DNA of 64,000 nt from an uncultured Gammaproteobacteria bacterium (GTDB lineage: Bacteria; Patescibacteriota; Microgenomatia; UBA10105; UBA927), in contig CAZNKB010000001.1 in the NCBI GenBank assembly GCA_964573695.1, forward strand, positions 132,497-196,496, given 5' to 3'. A model generated the notes under the pieces. That model was not told the origin of the DNA. It did no database searches and worked only from the letters and a program-made list of their open reading frames with translations. The position numbers and the translations under genes are program-made. This document shows, piece by piece, positions 19,333 to 29,510 of this stretch; position 1 is the first letter of the stretch; each line of letters opens with the position of its first letter.

Positions 19333-20535
19333 TTACGTTGACCGACGGGAAAACAAACTCTGGAATAGGAGCAGGTCCTTTTGAAAATTTTTCACTTCCA
19401 TGGCGTGATTTAGTATTTCCACTTTCCACCGATGCGCCGTGTCCAGTGATTCCCGGGAACTATTCAGTTCTATTTCCCTGGCTTTCTTAGTCTTCTTGTC
19501 GTACGGCACGAAACATACATAGCTGTCATCCGTTATGCCGAAATCCGGAATTGTCACGACATCCTGAATATCCGAATAACGGCAGAGATAGATATGAATA
19601 CCTGCGGCAAAATCCAATTTCATCTGCTCACGAAGTAACGCACGTTTCAATTCCGATTCCTTTTCAACGATGAACACGCGTGTCAGATGCTTACCCCGCA
19701 AAGCAGCAGCTCTTGCATCCTTCATGTATTGTGAATGCGGATCCCAAAATTTTACCATGGGGGTAAAAAACGTAAAAAATCCGTTATGCACCAGATTCCG
19801 AAACCGGAACACCCCTTCTGCCAACGCTTCTTCCGCATCGACCTTGACCCTGCTTCCTTTGGTTTTTTCGACATATTCGGTCAACCCGAGTTTTTCTTTG
19901 AGCGACAGATATCTCTGGTACAGCGGTAATTCAAGCCGGGTAATACACAGGTCCATGATAAGTGGAAAATCGTTTAGGTTTACTTCGCTGTTCATGTGTC
20001 CTGCACGCTTGAGAAGAATCATCGAACTCCCAAGGAAACTTCCGAACTGCTGTGAATATTTCTTTTCCACATATGGATCGTCGTTGGAATACAAGACATA
20101 CGATACGGGAATAAGTTTCTTGAGTTTACGGTAATCGAAATCTGTCTTGTAAAAACTCTTATTCACGAGGTCTATCTGCCAGGATTTATTGAGTTTCTCC
20201 AGGAATGGACAAACAAATATGGCACAATCGAGTTTGATATTGTATCGCTCCACAACATGAAGGATAAACAACGGCCCCAACGAATGACCGATAAACACCA
20301 TCTTTTCCCCCTTACGAAAACTCCGAGCAATTTTGCCAAATTCCGCAAACCAATGCTCCAGGGTTTGTTGCTTTGAAGGAGATTTCTGTCCGGCTTGAGT
20401 AATATGTTCCCATGTATCAACGGGAAACGCCGGAGCGACAACTTCCTGTCCCAGAGATTCAAGCTTATCCTTAAGCTCAGGCAACCAATTACTTCCCGGA
20501 CTTCCGAACGCACCATGAAATAATACAAATTTCAT
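19333..20535 (-). CDS. RBBP9/YdeN-family alpha/beta hydrolase fused to an unknown C-terminal domain
   Basis: FHGAFG..NWLP, GHSLG nucleophile, NDDPYV and GHMN triad residues, followed by about 200 extra aa. Confidence 0.75.
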   Translation of the reverse strand: MKFVLFHGAFGSPGSNWLPELKDKLESLGQEVVAPAFPVDTWEHITQAGQKSPSKQQTLEHWFAEFGKIARSFRKGEKMVFIGHSLGPLFILHVVERYNIKLDCAIFVCPFLEKLNKSWQIDLVNKSFYKTDFDYRKLKKLIPVSYVLYSNDDPYVEKKYSQQFGSFLGSSMILLKRAGHMNSEVNLNDFPLIMDLCITRLELPLYQRYLSLKEKLGLTEYVEKTKGSRVKVDAEEALAEGVFRFRNLVHNGFFTFFTPMVKFWDPHSQYMKDARAAALRGKHLTRVFIVEKESELKRALLREQMKLDFAAGIHIYLCRYSDIQDVVTIPDFGITDDSYVCFVPYDKKTKKAREIELNSSRESLDTAHRWKVEILNHAMEVKNFQKDLLLFQSLFSRRST

Positions 20536-20547
20536 ATGCTTTGACCA

Positions 20548-21585
20548 TTATAATCCGCCCTGATCCAATGTCGGACGATCGTCGTCATCGCCGAGTGTTT
20601 GCGTCTGCGAGAGCTTCTGACCCAGCAGGGAAAATGATCCTGAGACAGTGCTCATGGAGTTATACGCATTATTGATATGCTTCCCGAGTACTCCCAAATT
20701 TTCCTCGATTTTTCCGTAGTCCTTCTGAATGGCCCGCAGCAACTGGAATACCTGACGTGACTTCTGTTCGAGGTCTTTTCCCTGAAACGACAAAAGCAAC
20801 ACCTGCAAATGGGCATACAACGTGTTTGGAGAAACCGGATAGACACGTAATTTCCGCGCGTAATCCATAAGCTCTTCCATGTTTGCTATTTCGTAATACA
20901 CACCCTCACTCGGTATGTACATAAGGGCAAAATCCATAGTCCCTTCTTCCGGCAGAATATATTTTCGGCTTATATCCGTCACGTGTTTTTTCACATCCGT
21001 CACAAAATCACGTTTGGCGGAATTTCTCATTACTTCGGTCTCTCCTTTGTGCATCTTGGTAAAATTTTCCATGGGAAACTTGGAATCGACGCAGAGAAGT
21101 CCGGCATCTGTTTTTAGCACCGCGTCGACTTTTACCCCGCTCTTAAACTGATACTGCAGGTGAAATGAATTTTTCGGAAACGCCTGACCAATCATGTCCT
21201 GCATCACCTGCTCCCCGATATTACCCCGGAGCTTCGGCGACTGTAAAAATTCCTGAAGACTCCGGATTCCTTTTCCCACCTCGGACATCTCCCCCAGATT
21301 TTGCTTGAGGTCGCCGATAACCCGGGCAGCGGTATCGAGCCGGTCATTCAGCTGTTTGGTGTTTACCTGAAGAAGCTTGCTTACATCGCTTGTTTGACCA
21401 CGCATGGCCTCGTTTAGCGCCTTGTTTGTATTTTCTATGCTGCTCTGCATCGACTTAAGCCATTCGGTAAGAGTGGAGTCATCTTTTTTTTCCGTAAGTT
21501 TGGCAAGCTCTTTTTTCACCAAATATCCTATCACCGCAAATCCTGTAATCACGACTGAGATGAGAACGATAAAGTCTGCACTCAT
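20548..21585 (-). CDS. rmuC: DNA recombination protein RmuC
   Basis: N-terminal TM and coiled coil; RGNIGE, VDSKFP, KYILP, DFALMYIPSE and VSPNTL motifs. Confidence 0.92.
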   Translation of the reverse strand: MSADFIVLISVVITGFAVIGYLVKKELAKLTEKKDDSTLTEWLKSMQSSIENTNKALNEAMRGQTSDVSKLLQVNTKQLNDRLDTAARVIGDLKQNLGEMSEVGKGIRSLQEFLQSPKLRGNIGEQVMQDMIGQAFPKNSFHLQYQFKSGVKVDAVLKTDAGLLCVDSKFPMENFTKMHKGETEVMRNSAKRDFVTDVKKHVTDISRKYILPEEGTMDFALMYIPSEGVYYEIANMEELMDYARKLRVYPVSPNTLYAHLQVLLLSFQGKDLEQKSRQVFQLLRAIQKDYGKIEENLGVLGKHINNAYNSMSTVSGSFSLLGQKLSQTQTLGDDDDRPTLDQGGL

Positions 21586-21630
21586 GATGCCCCATTGTAG
21601 CACGCGCATAAACTCCCCTACAATAAACGT

Positions 21631-21948
21631 ATGGAGCGTAACCAGAACATCCGTAACCCGAGTATGTTGTTTATGGGTATTATCGGGGTGATCGTGACTG
21701 CTATTTACGTCAACGTCACCTCCCCGGGTTCGCTTTTGTTATTGGCGGGATTTTTCGGGCTCTTCTTTTTTTCTTTCTTAGCTTTGGGGCTCTATGTATT
21801 CCCAAAGAAACGCCATGCTATCTTACTTGCCGTGGGAATGACGCTTTTTTTGGTCCTTCGTCTTTTAGGACTCCGGCAATTCTGGTATACGGGACTACTC
21901 ATTGCGAGCGTTATAGCATTAGAAATGCTATGGAAAGAACATGTGTAG
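21631..21948 (+). CDS. Small polytopic membrane protein
   Basis: 105 aa with about 4 hydrophobic helices; fills the intergenic space before metG. Confidence 0.65.
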   Translation: MERNQNIRNPSMLFMGIIGVIVTAIYVNVTSPGSLLLLAGFFGLFFFSFLALGLYVFPKKRHAILLAVGMTLFLVLRLLGLRQFWYTGLLIASVIALEMLWKEHV

Positions 21949-21992
21949 CCTTGCTGCTTCCTTAAAACACAAGGAGGTGTAAAATACAGACT

Positions 21993-23447
21993 ATGAACAA
22001 AAAATTCTACATTACCTGCGCTATCCCGTACGTCAACGCCGCTCCGCACATCGGACACGCGTTGGAATTTGTACAGGGCGATGTCATTGCGCGCTACCAG
22101 CGCTTACTGGGTGCGGATACGCTCCTTCTTTCCGGCGGCGACGAAAACGCACTTAAAAACGTGCAGGCCGCGGAAAAAGCCGGCCAACCGGTGCAGCAGT
22201 TTATTGACGAAAATAACGTTAAATTTAACGAACTCACCCGGGCGCTCGGATGCCAATTTGACGTTTGGCAAAAAGGAAGCGACACCACCCACCACTTCCC
22301 TTCAAGCCAAAAATTATGGGAGCGCTGCGACAAAGCCGGAGATATTTATAAAAAAGCCTATGAAGGCCTCTATTGCGTGGGGTGCGAAACGTTTTATGAA
22401 CCGGGAGAGTTAAACGAACAAGGAGAATGTTTTGAGCATCCAGGGAAAAAACTTGAAGTAGTAAAAGAAGAAAATTATTTTTTCCGGCTATCCAAATACC
22501 AAAAACAAATTGTAGACCTTATCACATCAAATAATCTGCTTATTACTCCTGACACACGAAGAAACGAGGTATTGTCGTTCCTCAAACAACCGCTTCAGGA
22601 CATAAGTATTTCCCGAAGCAACGAACGCGCAAAAAATTGGGGGGTTCCTGTTCCTAACGACCCTACCCAGCGGATGTACGTTTGGTTTGACGCGCTTAAC
22701 ATTTACCAGTCGGGTGTAGGATTCGGCTGGAATGAGGACACATACAATAAATGGTGGCCGGCGGATGTCCACGTTATCGGCAAAGGAATAAGCAGGTTTC
22801 ACGCCGTCTATTGGCCGGCGTTCCTGCTCTCCGCAGGACTTAAAACCCCCAAATCGTTATTCGTACACGGATACTTTACCGTCAATGGCCAAAAGATGAG
22901 CAAAACCCTGGGCAACGTCATTGACCCAATTGAACTCATCAACAAATACGGTTCCGACGCATTACGGTATTACTTCCTCCGCGAAATTCCGCCGGCATCA
23001 GACGGAGATTTTTCTGAACGACGATTTAAAGAAGTCTATAACGCCGAACTTGCCAACGGACTGGGAAACTTTACTGCAAGGGTAGCAAAGCTCTGTGAAC
23101 AATCTACTATTTCTCCTACAGCATACCAACCTAACTTTGAAGCCGTCGTACTCAAATACGAATTACTTCGTACGCAATTTACCCAATACCAATTTGATGA
23201 ATATATCAAATCTATACAACTGCTTATAGCAGGATGGGATCAGTCGCTTGAAGAGCACAAACCCTGGCAGTATAAAAATGAAATTGAAAAAAATCTCCCT
23301 GGCTATCTTGAAACGCTTGTCACTGCTGTACGGGTAGTAGCCGAATTATTCCGCCCAATACTTCCGTTAACATCGGAAAAAATACTGAAGCAATTTGCCG
23401 GCCCGACGATAAAATCAGAAGCTCCACTATTTCCGCGGCTTTCGTAA
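21993..23447 (+). CDS. metG: Methionyl-tRNA synthetase (short form)
   Basis: PYVNAAPHIGH, YCVGCE, YVWFDAL and KMSKT motifs. Confidence 0.96.
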   Translation: MNKKFYITCAIPYVNAAPHIGHALEFVQGDVIARYQRLLGADTLLLSGGDENALKNVQAAEKAGQPVQQFIDENNVKFNELTRALGCQFDVWQKGSDTTHHFPSSQKLWERCDKAGDIYKKAYEGLYCVGCETFYEPGELNEQGECFEHPGKKLEVVKEENYFFRLSKYQKQIVDLITSNNLLITPDTRRNEVLSFLKQPLQDISISRSNERAKNWGVPVPNDPTQRMYVWFDALNIYQSGVGFGWNEDTYNKWWPADVHVIGKGISRFHAVYWPAFLLSAGLKTPKSLFVHGYFTVNGQKMSKTLGNVIDPIELINKYGSDALRYYFLREIPPASDGDFSERRFKEVYNAELANGLGNFTARVAKLCEQSTISPTAYQPNFEAVVLKYELLRTQFTQYQFDEYIKSIQLLIAGWDQSLEEHKPWQYKNEIEKNLPGYLETLVTAVRVVAELFRPILPLTSEKILKQFAGPTIKSEAPLFPRLS

Positions 23448-23505
23448 AAACGGTTAATTTGTTACCTTGTGAAGGGCTAATAAATTAATAGTTAATTGTT
23501 TACGT

Positions 23506-24285
23506 ATGTACATCGATACACATGTCCAACTCAACTTTTCCGACTTTGACAACGACCGCGCGCTTGTTATCGGCAACGCCAAAAAAGCAGGTGTGAAGCA
23601 GTTTATCGTTCCGGGAGTGGATCATTTGTCTTGCCGGACAGCCGTACACCTGGCAACCAGACACCCGGGGGTTATATTTGCCGCAGTAGGATTCCATCCG
23701 TATGAAGCGCCAAAAAATCCCGATGTATCCTATGTGGAAACCCTGCTCAAAAACGAGAAGAATGCCGGAACAATCGTGGCCATAGGCGAATGCGGACTGG
23801 ATTATCACCAATATAAAGGTGAGGTGGCGGCGGGTCGTAAGGACGTACAGCAGCAATTGTTTTTCGACCAGCTGCAACTTGCTATCGCGTATAATCTTCC
23901 CGTTATTATCCATTGTCGGGATGCGTTCGAAGATCTCTTTGCCGTCATATCACGCCTACCACAAGTACCCCGCGGGGTTGTCCATTGTTTTTCCGGTGGA
24001 TTACAGGATCTGCGGATTATTGGTGAACTTGGCCTCTATGTGGGAATAGACGGAAATGTCACGTACTCCAAACAAATGGGGACAGTTGTCCCGCACATTC
24101 CATTGTCCATGTTGCTTTTGGAAACCGATGCCCCGTATCTCACGCCCGTTCCCCACAGGGGAGAGCGGAATGAACCGAAGTATATACCGCTCATTGCCAG
24201 TCACATTGCCAAACTCCAGGGTATAAAAATAACCGATGTCATGACTGCTACGACAACTAACGCGCAAACGCTATTTTCGCTCTGA
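23506..24285 (+). CDS. tatD: TatD-family deoxyribonuclease
   Basis: IDTHVQL, GFHP, IGECGLD, IHCRDA, HCFSG, ETDAPY and RNEP motifs. Confidence 0.93.
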   Translation: MYIDTHVQLNFSDFDNDRALVIGNAKKAGVKQFIVPGVDHLSCRTAVHLATRHPGVIFAAVGFHPYEAPKNPDVSYVETLLKNEKNAGTIVAIGECGLDYHQYKGEVAAGRKDVQQQLFFDQLQLAIAYNLPVIIHCRDAFEDLFAVISRLPQVPRGVVHCFSGGLQDLRIIGELGLYVGIDGNVTYSKQMGTVVPHIPLSMLLLETDAPYLTPVPHRGERNEPKYIPLIASHIAKLQGIKITDVMTATTTNAQTLFSL

Positions 24286-24316
24286 TTCGTCGCGTGGTAT
24301 AATTTAGCTTGATTCT

Positions 24317-25798
24317 ATGCGCCAAATATTTTTGCGTTACCCCAATAAAACGCAGCGGATTTTAGAAATTGCCATACCACTTACCTCCTGGTTCATTATT
24401 ACCATGCCGCTTTGGTTATCTTTCTGGCATCCGGCGCTTGTGGCTTATCTTATTATCACATTTGACGTGTATTGGTTTTATAAATCAGTTTCCCTGGTCA
24501 TTTTTGCGCTTCGGTCATTCGTCATGTTTACCGCACACACAGCGGTCAATTGGCTTGAGCAGGCAAAAAATCTCTCACACTTTCAGGAACTCTGGCATGT
24601 CGTGATCATACCCGAATTCCAGGAACCTATTCACATCCTCAGGCGTACTCTCGATAACCTATCAAAACAGGATTTTCCGAGGGAACGCATCATTATCGTC
24701 CTCGCCACGGAAACCAAAGACCCAAACAGCACCGAAACGGCAAAAATTCTCAAAAAGGAATATGCCGGTTTATTCGGTCATTTCCTGGTAACCAAACACA
24801 CGCTTACGACAGGGGAAACGGCCGGCAAATCATCCAATATGGCGTGGGCGGCCAAAAAAATTGCGGTGTTACTTTCTGAAAAACATATCCCCTTAGAATG
24901 GACGACCGTCACGTCATGCGACGCCGACGCCCTTCCCCACCCGAAATATTTTTCGGCGCTCGCATACCAATTCCTTAGCGATCCGCATCGCCACGATCAT
25001 TTTTACCAGGGAAGCATTATGTTCTATAACAACATTTGGCGTATCCCGCTTCCTAACCGGTTCTTAAACACGTTAAACAGCATGTGGAACCTCGCGTTTT
25101 TATCGCAGCAATCGCGGCTTATCAACTTTTCAACGTATTCGCTGTCATTTAAGACAGCCGCCTCTGTCGGATTTTGGGCCGTGGATGTAATCCCTGAGGA
25201 TTACCATATGTTTTTTACGGTGTATTTCTCCCGTGGAGAACGCGTATCCGTACAGCCAATTTTTTTGCCAATTTTGGTGGACGCCGCGGAAAGTCATGGG
25301 TTTTTCAACACGTTTATCAACCAATACGAACAATCCAAGCGTTGGGCATGGGGCGTATCGGATATCCCGTATGTTATCCGGGAGACGTTTATTCACACGG
25401 AAATCAAATTATCAGACCGAATACGAAGACTTGCATCTCTTCTCGAACATCATCTGCTTTGGCCGACAAATTGGTTTATCCTTACATTGGGCAGCACGGT
25501 ACCGCCCCTTATTAATCCAAGTTTTGCCCGTACCGTACTCGGACACAACCTCGCACAAATTTCCTCAGGCATTCTTACCCTGTCGACGATCTTCCTCATC
25601 ATCGTATTTGTTATAGACTGGCGTATCAAACCGCCCCCGCCAAAAGCCTACCCCAAGTGGAAGCTCCCCCTCCTTTATCTACAGTGGCTGACGCTGCCGA
25701 TTATTTCTTTCTTTCTCTCTGCGTTACCGGGACTTGATGCGCACACGAGGCTCATGCTTGGAAAGCGACTGGAATATCGCGTCACCGAAAAGATATAA
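24317..25798 (+). CDS. Membrane GT2-family (processive-type) glycosyltransferase
   Basis: GKSSN, CDAD (DxD), PEDYH and QSKRWAWG (QxxRW) motifs; flanking TMs. Confidence 0.85.
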   Translation: MRQIFLRYPNKTQRILEIAIPLTSWFIITMPLWLSFWHPALVAYLIITFDVYWFYKSVSLVIFALRSFVMFTAHTAVNWLEQAKNLSHFQELWHVVIIPEFQEPIHILRRTLDNLSKQDFPRERIIIVLATETKDPNSTETAKILKKEYAGLFGHFLVTKHTLTTGETAGKSSNMAWAAKKIAVLLSEKHIPLEWTTVTSCDADALPHPKYFSALAYQFLSDPHRHDHFYQGSIMFYNNIWRIPLPNRFLNTLNSMWNLAFLSQQSRLINFSTYSLSFKTAASVGFWAVDVIPEDYHMFFTVYFSRGERVSVQPIFLPILVDAAESHGFFNTFINQYEQSKRWAWGVSDIPYVIRETFIHTEIKLSDRIRRLASLLEHHLLWPTNWFILTLGSTVPPLINPSFARTVLGHNLAQISSGILTLSTIFLIIVFVIDWRIKPPPPKAYPKWKLPLLYLQWLTLPIISFFLSALPGLDAHTRLMLGKRLEYRVTEKI

Positions 25799-27129
25799 TG
25801 GAAACAGTCGGTATGTTAAACGCTCTGCTTACCCATACACCGTTGCTTTATTTGGTCCAGAGTCTCTGGCGGGATGAGGCGTTTTCTATCCTAGCCGCAC
25901 AGCGGCCTATATCTTTTATTGTTTCGCGCTTGGGATTCGAACCCCCCGTCTACTATCTCATGCTGCATTTTTGGATGAAGGTATTCGGCTCAGGAGAAAT
26001 AGCAGCGCGCAGCTTGTCGTTATTGGGATTTCTCATAGCGACCGTCCTCATGATCGAATGGGGACATACGCTCTACAAAAAACACTGGCTATCATGGTAT
26101 TTACCGCTATTTTTTTTCCTCAATCCCATGCTTCTTTACTACGCGTTTGAAGTGCGCACGTATGGGTGGTATATCTGCTTTGCCACCGCCACACTCATCG
26201 CTTACTCTTCGCGACAATGGAAGTGGTTTATCATTTCGGCGGTACTCGGATTTTATACTCACGTATATATACTTCCGTTTGTCGGTGTACTGGGACTTCA
26301 TTGGCTCTGGACCAAAAAACCGACACTCAAGGGACTTGTCAGCTTTATAAAAAAAGACAGCGGCATCAAGTCATTTATCACCGTCGGTGTACTTATGTTG
26401 CCATGGCTCATACGGATTGGCTTTGAAGCCTCCCGTATGAAAACATCCTGGTACTACCCGGTAGATCTGCAGCTTATCCGTTCAGCACTGGGAAATATGT
26501 TTATCGGGTACGAAGGAACGCCCTGGTACGGCTGGACCTATACATCTTACCTTTCCGTCGCTCTGATGCTTTGCGCGGGACTGGCACTCACCCATACATT
26601 ACACAGGAAACAGACTGATCTATTTATCATATTCGGTGCCGTTCCGCTTGCGCTAGTTATTGCCATATCGTTTATAAAACCGCTGTTTGTGAACCGATAT
26701 CTCATCCCCACCACCATAGCCGAAGTCCTCATAGTGGTTATGGCAATCGCGGCGATCAAAAATACGGTAATCCAAAAAATTGCGGCAGTTGCGGCGTTAT
26801 GTGGGGTTCTTTGGGTAAATTGGTGGTATCCGCCGCTTCACGCCAAGTTGGCGATACGGGATTCGTTTGAGCAGATAAACGTCATTTCAAAACCGGACGA
26901 TATATTTCTCGCGTCGGATCCTATTATCTACCTGGAAACGTTATACTACGCGAAGGATAGATCACGTGTGTATTTATATAATCCGATGAACAACGTATTC
27001 CCCTGGTATATCGGTGACGCACTCATTACTCCTTCGAGAATGCTTCGTGACTATCCGCTCTATCCTAACCGAGCAATACTCGTGTATCCCGATACGACGT
27101 ATGAAATCGTATATAGGATGCCGTTATGA
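25798..27129 (+). CDS. GT-C fold (PMT/GT39-like) glycosyltransferase
   Basis: SLWRDEAFS (DE motif), PPVYY, RSLS, YAFEVRTY and YTH motifs; polytopic. Confidence 0.85.
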   Translation: METVGMLNALLTHTPLLYLVQSLWRDEAFSILAAQRPISFIVSRLGFEPPVYYLMLHFWMKVFGSGEIAARSLSLLGFLIATVLMIEWGHTLYKKHWLSWYLPLFFFLNPMLLYYAFEVRTYGWYICFATATLIAYSSRQWKWFIISAVLGFYTHVYILPFVGVLGLHWLWTKKPTLKGLVSFIKKDSGIKSFITVGVLMLPWLIRIGFEASRMKTSWYYPVDLQLIRSALGNMFIGYEGTPWYGWTYTSYLSVALMLCAGLALTHTLHRKQTDLFIIFGAVPLALVIAISFIKPLFVNRYLIPTTIAEVLIVVMAIAAIKNTVIQKIAAVAALCGVLWVNWWYPPLHAKLAIRDSFEQINVISKPDDIFLASDPIIYLETLYYAKDRSRVYLYNPMNNVFPWYIGDALITPSRMLRDYPLYPNRAILVYPDTTYEIVYRMPL

Positions 27130-27515
27130 AATTTACTCCTCCCGTGTCCTTACCGGAGAATCTGCTCCAGGGAATCGGCGCGACCCGATCCACATGGGAA
27201 TATAAATGGGCAACTGCTTTTGTATGGATCCAATTCCTCTTGGGAAGCGTCACACTTGCATGGTATTGGAGGGTTCTTCCTCCGCAAGTGCCGCTTTGGT
27301 ACAGTAAACCCTGGGGCGACGAACGGTTAGCCTCGCCGTGGTTTTTGTTACTTCCGTTTATATCTTCCGGAGTTATTTACATTATTAATCTTGCAGCAGT
27401 CGCACGTTTTGCCGGCAATCACCCGATGTTTGTACGGGTGCTGCTGCTGACTTCTATGCTTATATCATTGCTGAGCGGTTATATCGTCGTTCGTATTGTT
27501 ACCCTGGTAAGCTAA
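27126..27515 (+). CDS. Three-TM membrane protein (DUF1648-like LPxxVPLW motif)
   Basis: LPPQVPLWYSKPWG motif between TMs; overlaps both neighbours. Confidence 0.6.
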   Translation: MKFTPPVSLPENLLQGIGATRSTWEYKWATAFVWIQFLLGSVTLAWYWRVLPPQVPLWYSKPWGDERLASPWFLLLPFISSGVIYIINLAAVARFAGNHPMFVRVLLLTSMLISLLSGYIVVRIVTLVS

Positions 27516-28600
27516 TGAGCCCGTTTCTTCCCATATTACTCGCAACTTTGTTCATAACTCTTGGGCTAACCCCGCTCGTCATTATTTTCGCAAAACGATT
27601 CGGATTGGTTGATGATCCGAAGCACCGGTATCACCCGGCTCACACCCACAAGGGGGTTATCCCGCGTGCCGGCGGACTCGCGTTATTTTTGGGGATTGCC
27701 TCAATGATAGTCATTTCCCTTCCGATGACTTCGCAGATCGTCGGCATAATCCTCGGAAGCTTTATCCTAACTGCCGTAGGACTTATGGATGACAAACGCG
27801 ACGTCAGTCCATACATACGTCTGACGATCAACATTCTTGTCGCACTCATCGTCGTGAGCACGGGTAGCTCTATTCCCTTTATCACCAACCCGCTTACCGG
27901 TGGAGTATTACCGCTTTCCATATGGAACTGGACCATAACGATCGGGTCGTTTCATATAGCATTCGGGCTACCGCAAATACTCGCGGTTCTTTGGATCGTA
28001 TGGACCATGAACATCATAGGCTGGAGCGCGGGTGTAGACGGGCAAATGCCCGGATATGTCGCCATATCTGCGTTTATCCTGGGACTCCTTTCCCTTCGGT
28101 ACAGCATACTCGACGCAAACCAAATTTGGGTAACGGTATTGGCGTTTATCATAACCGGCGCGTTTTTGGGATTTTTACCATGGAATTTTTATCCCCAAAA
28201 AATTATGCCCGGATACGGCGGCAAAACCCTGGCCGGATATTTTTTGGCGCTCCTGGGTATTTTGTCGTTTGCCAAACTGGGGACCGCACTACTGGTCTTG
28301 GGAATCCCCATGCTTGACGCGGTAGCAACCCTTGTCCGACGGATAGGCATGAGAAAATCGCCGGTACTTGCCGACCGCGGCCACCTCCACCATAAACTTC
28401 TCGATATAGGATGGAGCAAACCCCGCATCGCCTTGTTTTACTGGGGAGTCTCGGCTATACTGGGGCTGGTCTCACTCACGGTCACAAGTACGCTAAAAGT
28501 ATTTGCATTTGTCGCTGTGGCTGTTGCGTTGACCATGTTTCTCGTATGGGTCAGCTTCTTTACGCAATTCTCAAAGCAGCGAGACCACGACAGTGGCTAA
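27515..28600 (+). CDS. WecA/TagO-type polyprenyl-phosphate GlcNAc-1-phosphate transferase (MraY family)
   Basis: PRAGG, GLMDD, GVDGQ, GFLPWNFYP, PMLD and DRGHLHHKL motifs. Confidence 0.9.
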   Translation: MSPFLPILLATLFITLGLTPLVIIFAKRFGLVDDPKHRYHPAHTHKGVIPRAGGLALFLGIASMIVISLPMTSQIVGIILGSFILTAVGLMDDKRDVSPYIRLTINILVALIVVSTGSSIPFITNPLTGGVLPLSIWNWTITIGSFHIAFGLPQILAVLWIVWTMNIIGWSAGVDGQMPGYVAISAFILGLLSLRYSILDANQIWVTVLAFIITGAFLGFLPWNFYPQKIMPGYGGKTLAGYFLALLGILSFAKLGTALLVLGIPMLDAVATLVRRIGMRKSPVLADRGHLHHKLLDIGWSKPRIALFYWGVSAILGLVSLTVTSTLKVFAFVAVAVALTMFLVWVSFFTQFSKQRDHDSG

Positions 28601-29484
28601 AAAACCTTGCCCTGTTCACCACGATATTCTTCACCGGCAAACTTTTCTATATGCCGCTTCTTAGTGCGACAATATTGGGCTTTATCGCATTTTGCTTTCT
28701 TTCGTCCTCCAACTATATCTTAAATGACGTGCTGGATGCCCCCGCAGACAGGCGACACCCGTTTAAAAAATTTCGGCCGGTGGCAAGCGGTAAACTACCG
28801 ATAAAAACGGCGCTCCTCGTATCGCTTCTACTGTTGGTTTCCGGATTGGGACTTGCGCAAATGGTCGGACAGTCGTTTTTCTTCTTTTCTCTCGTTTTCA
28901 TTATCCTGCAATATTCTTATTCGGTCGTACTCAAGCACATATCGGTCATCGACATCATCGCAATTACAGCGGGTTATGTGCTTCGGGTATACGCCGGTGA
29001 AGCGGCAAGTGGATATCATATTTCTATTTGGTTGGCTCTCGCAGCACTTTCCCTCGCGCTATTTTTGGCAATCGGCAAACGCCGAGCAGAACTTACGCTT
29101 ATTCAGGGATCAGGGGATGCATCTCCAAAAGACACGCGGGCAGCGTTGTCACACTATTCAGAAAAATTATTGGATGCGTATACATCCATGTTTGCCACGT
29201 CAACGTTTATTTCCTATACGTATTTTACGTTTCTTGAGCGCCCGATCACGGAAGGGATTATATTCCGTAACTACAGTGATTTCGTTATCGGAATACCCGA
29301 CCGCAAATGGATGATGATGACTATCCCTTTTGTACTCTACGGCATCATGCGGTATATGCAGCTTATCTATCATGGAAAAGGAGAATCACCTGAACAAGTG
29401 CTTACAACGGATTTACCCCTCCTGAGTACCGTTATCTTGTGGACGGGAGCTACGCTATTTGTGATTTACGGCATCGGGGGCTAG
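28546..29484 (+). CDS. UbiA-family decaprenyl-phosphate phosphoribosyltransferase-like protein
   Basis: RPRQWLKN, YILNDVLD, DRRHPFKKFRPVASG, YS..LKH, LRVYAG and KRRAEL motifs; start placed at ATG 28546. Confidence 0.85.
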   Translation: MGQLLYAILKAARPRQWLKNLALFTTIFFTGKLFYMPLLSATILGFIAFCFLSSSNYILNDVLDAPADRRHPFKKFRPVASGKLPIKTALLVSLLLLVSGLGLAQMVGQSFFFFSLVFIILQYSYSVVLKHISVIDIIAITAGYVLRVYAGEAASGYHISIWLALAALSLALFLAIGKRRAELTLIQGSGDASPKDTRAALSHYSEKLLDAYTSMFATSTFISYTYFTFLERPITEGIIFRNYSDFVIGIPDRKWMMMTIPFVLYGIMRYMQLIYHGKGESPEQVLTTDLPLLSTVILWTGATLFVIYGIGG

Positions 29485-29510
29485 ATCGCCTGACGGGACA
29501 GCGTGTTATG

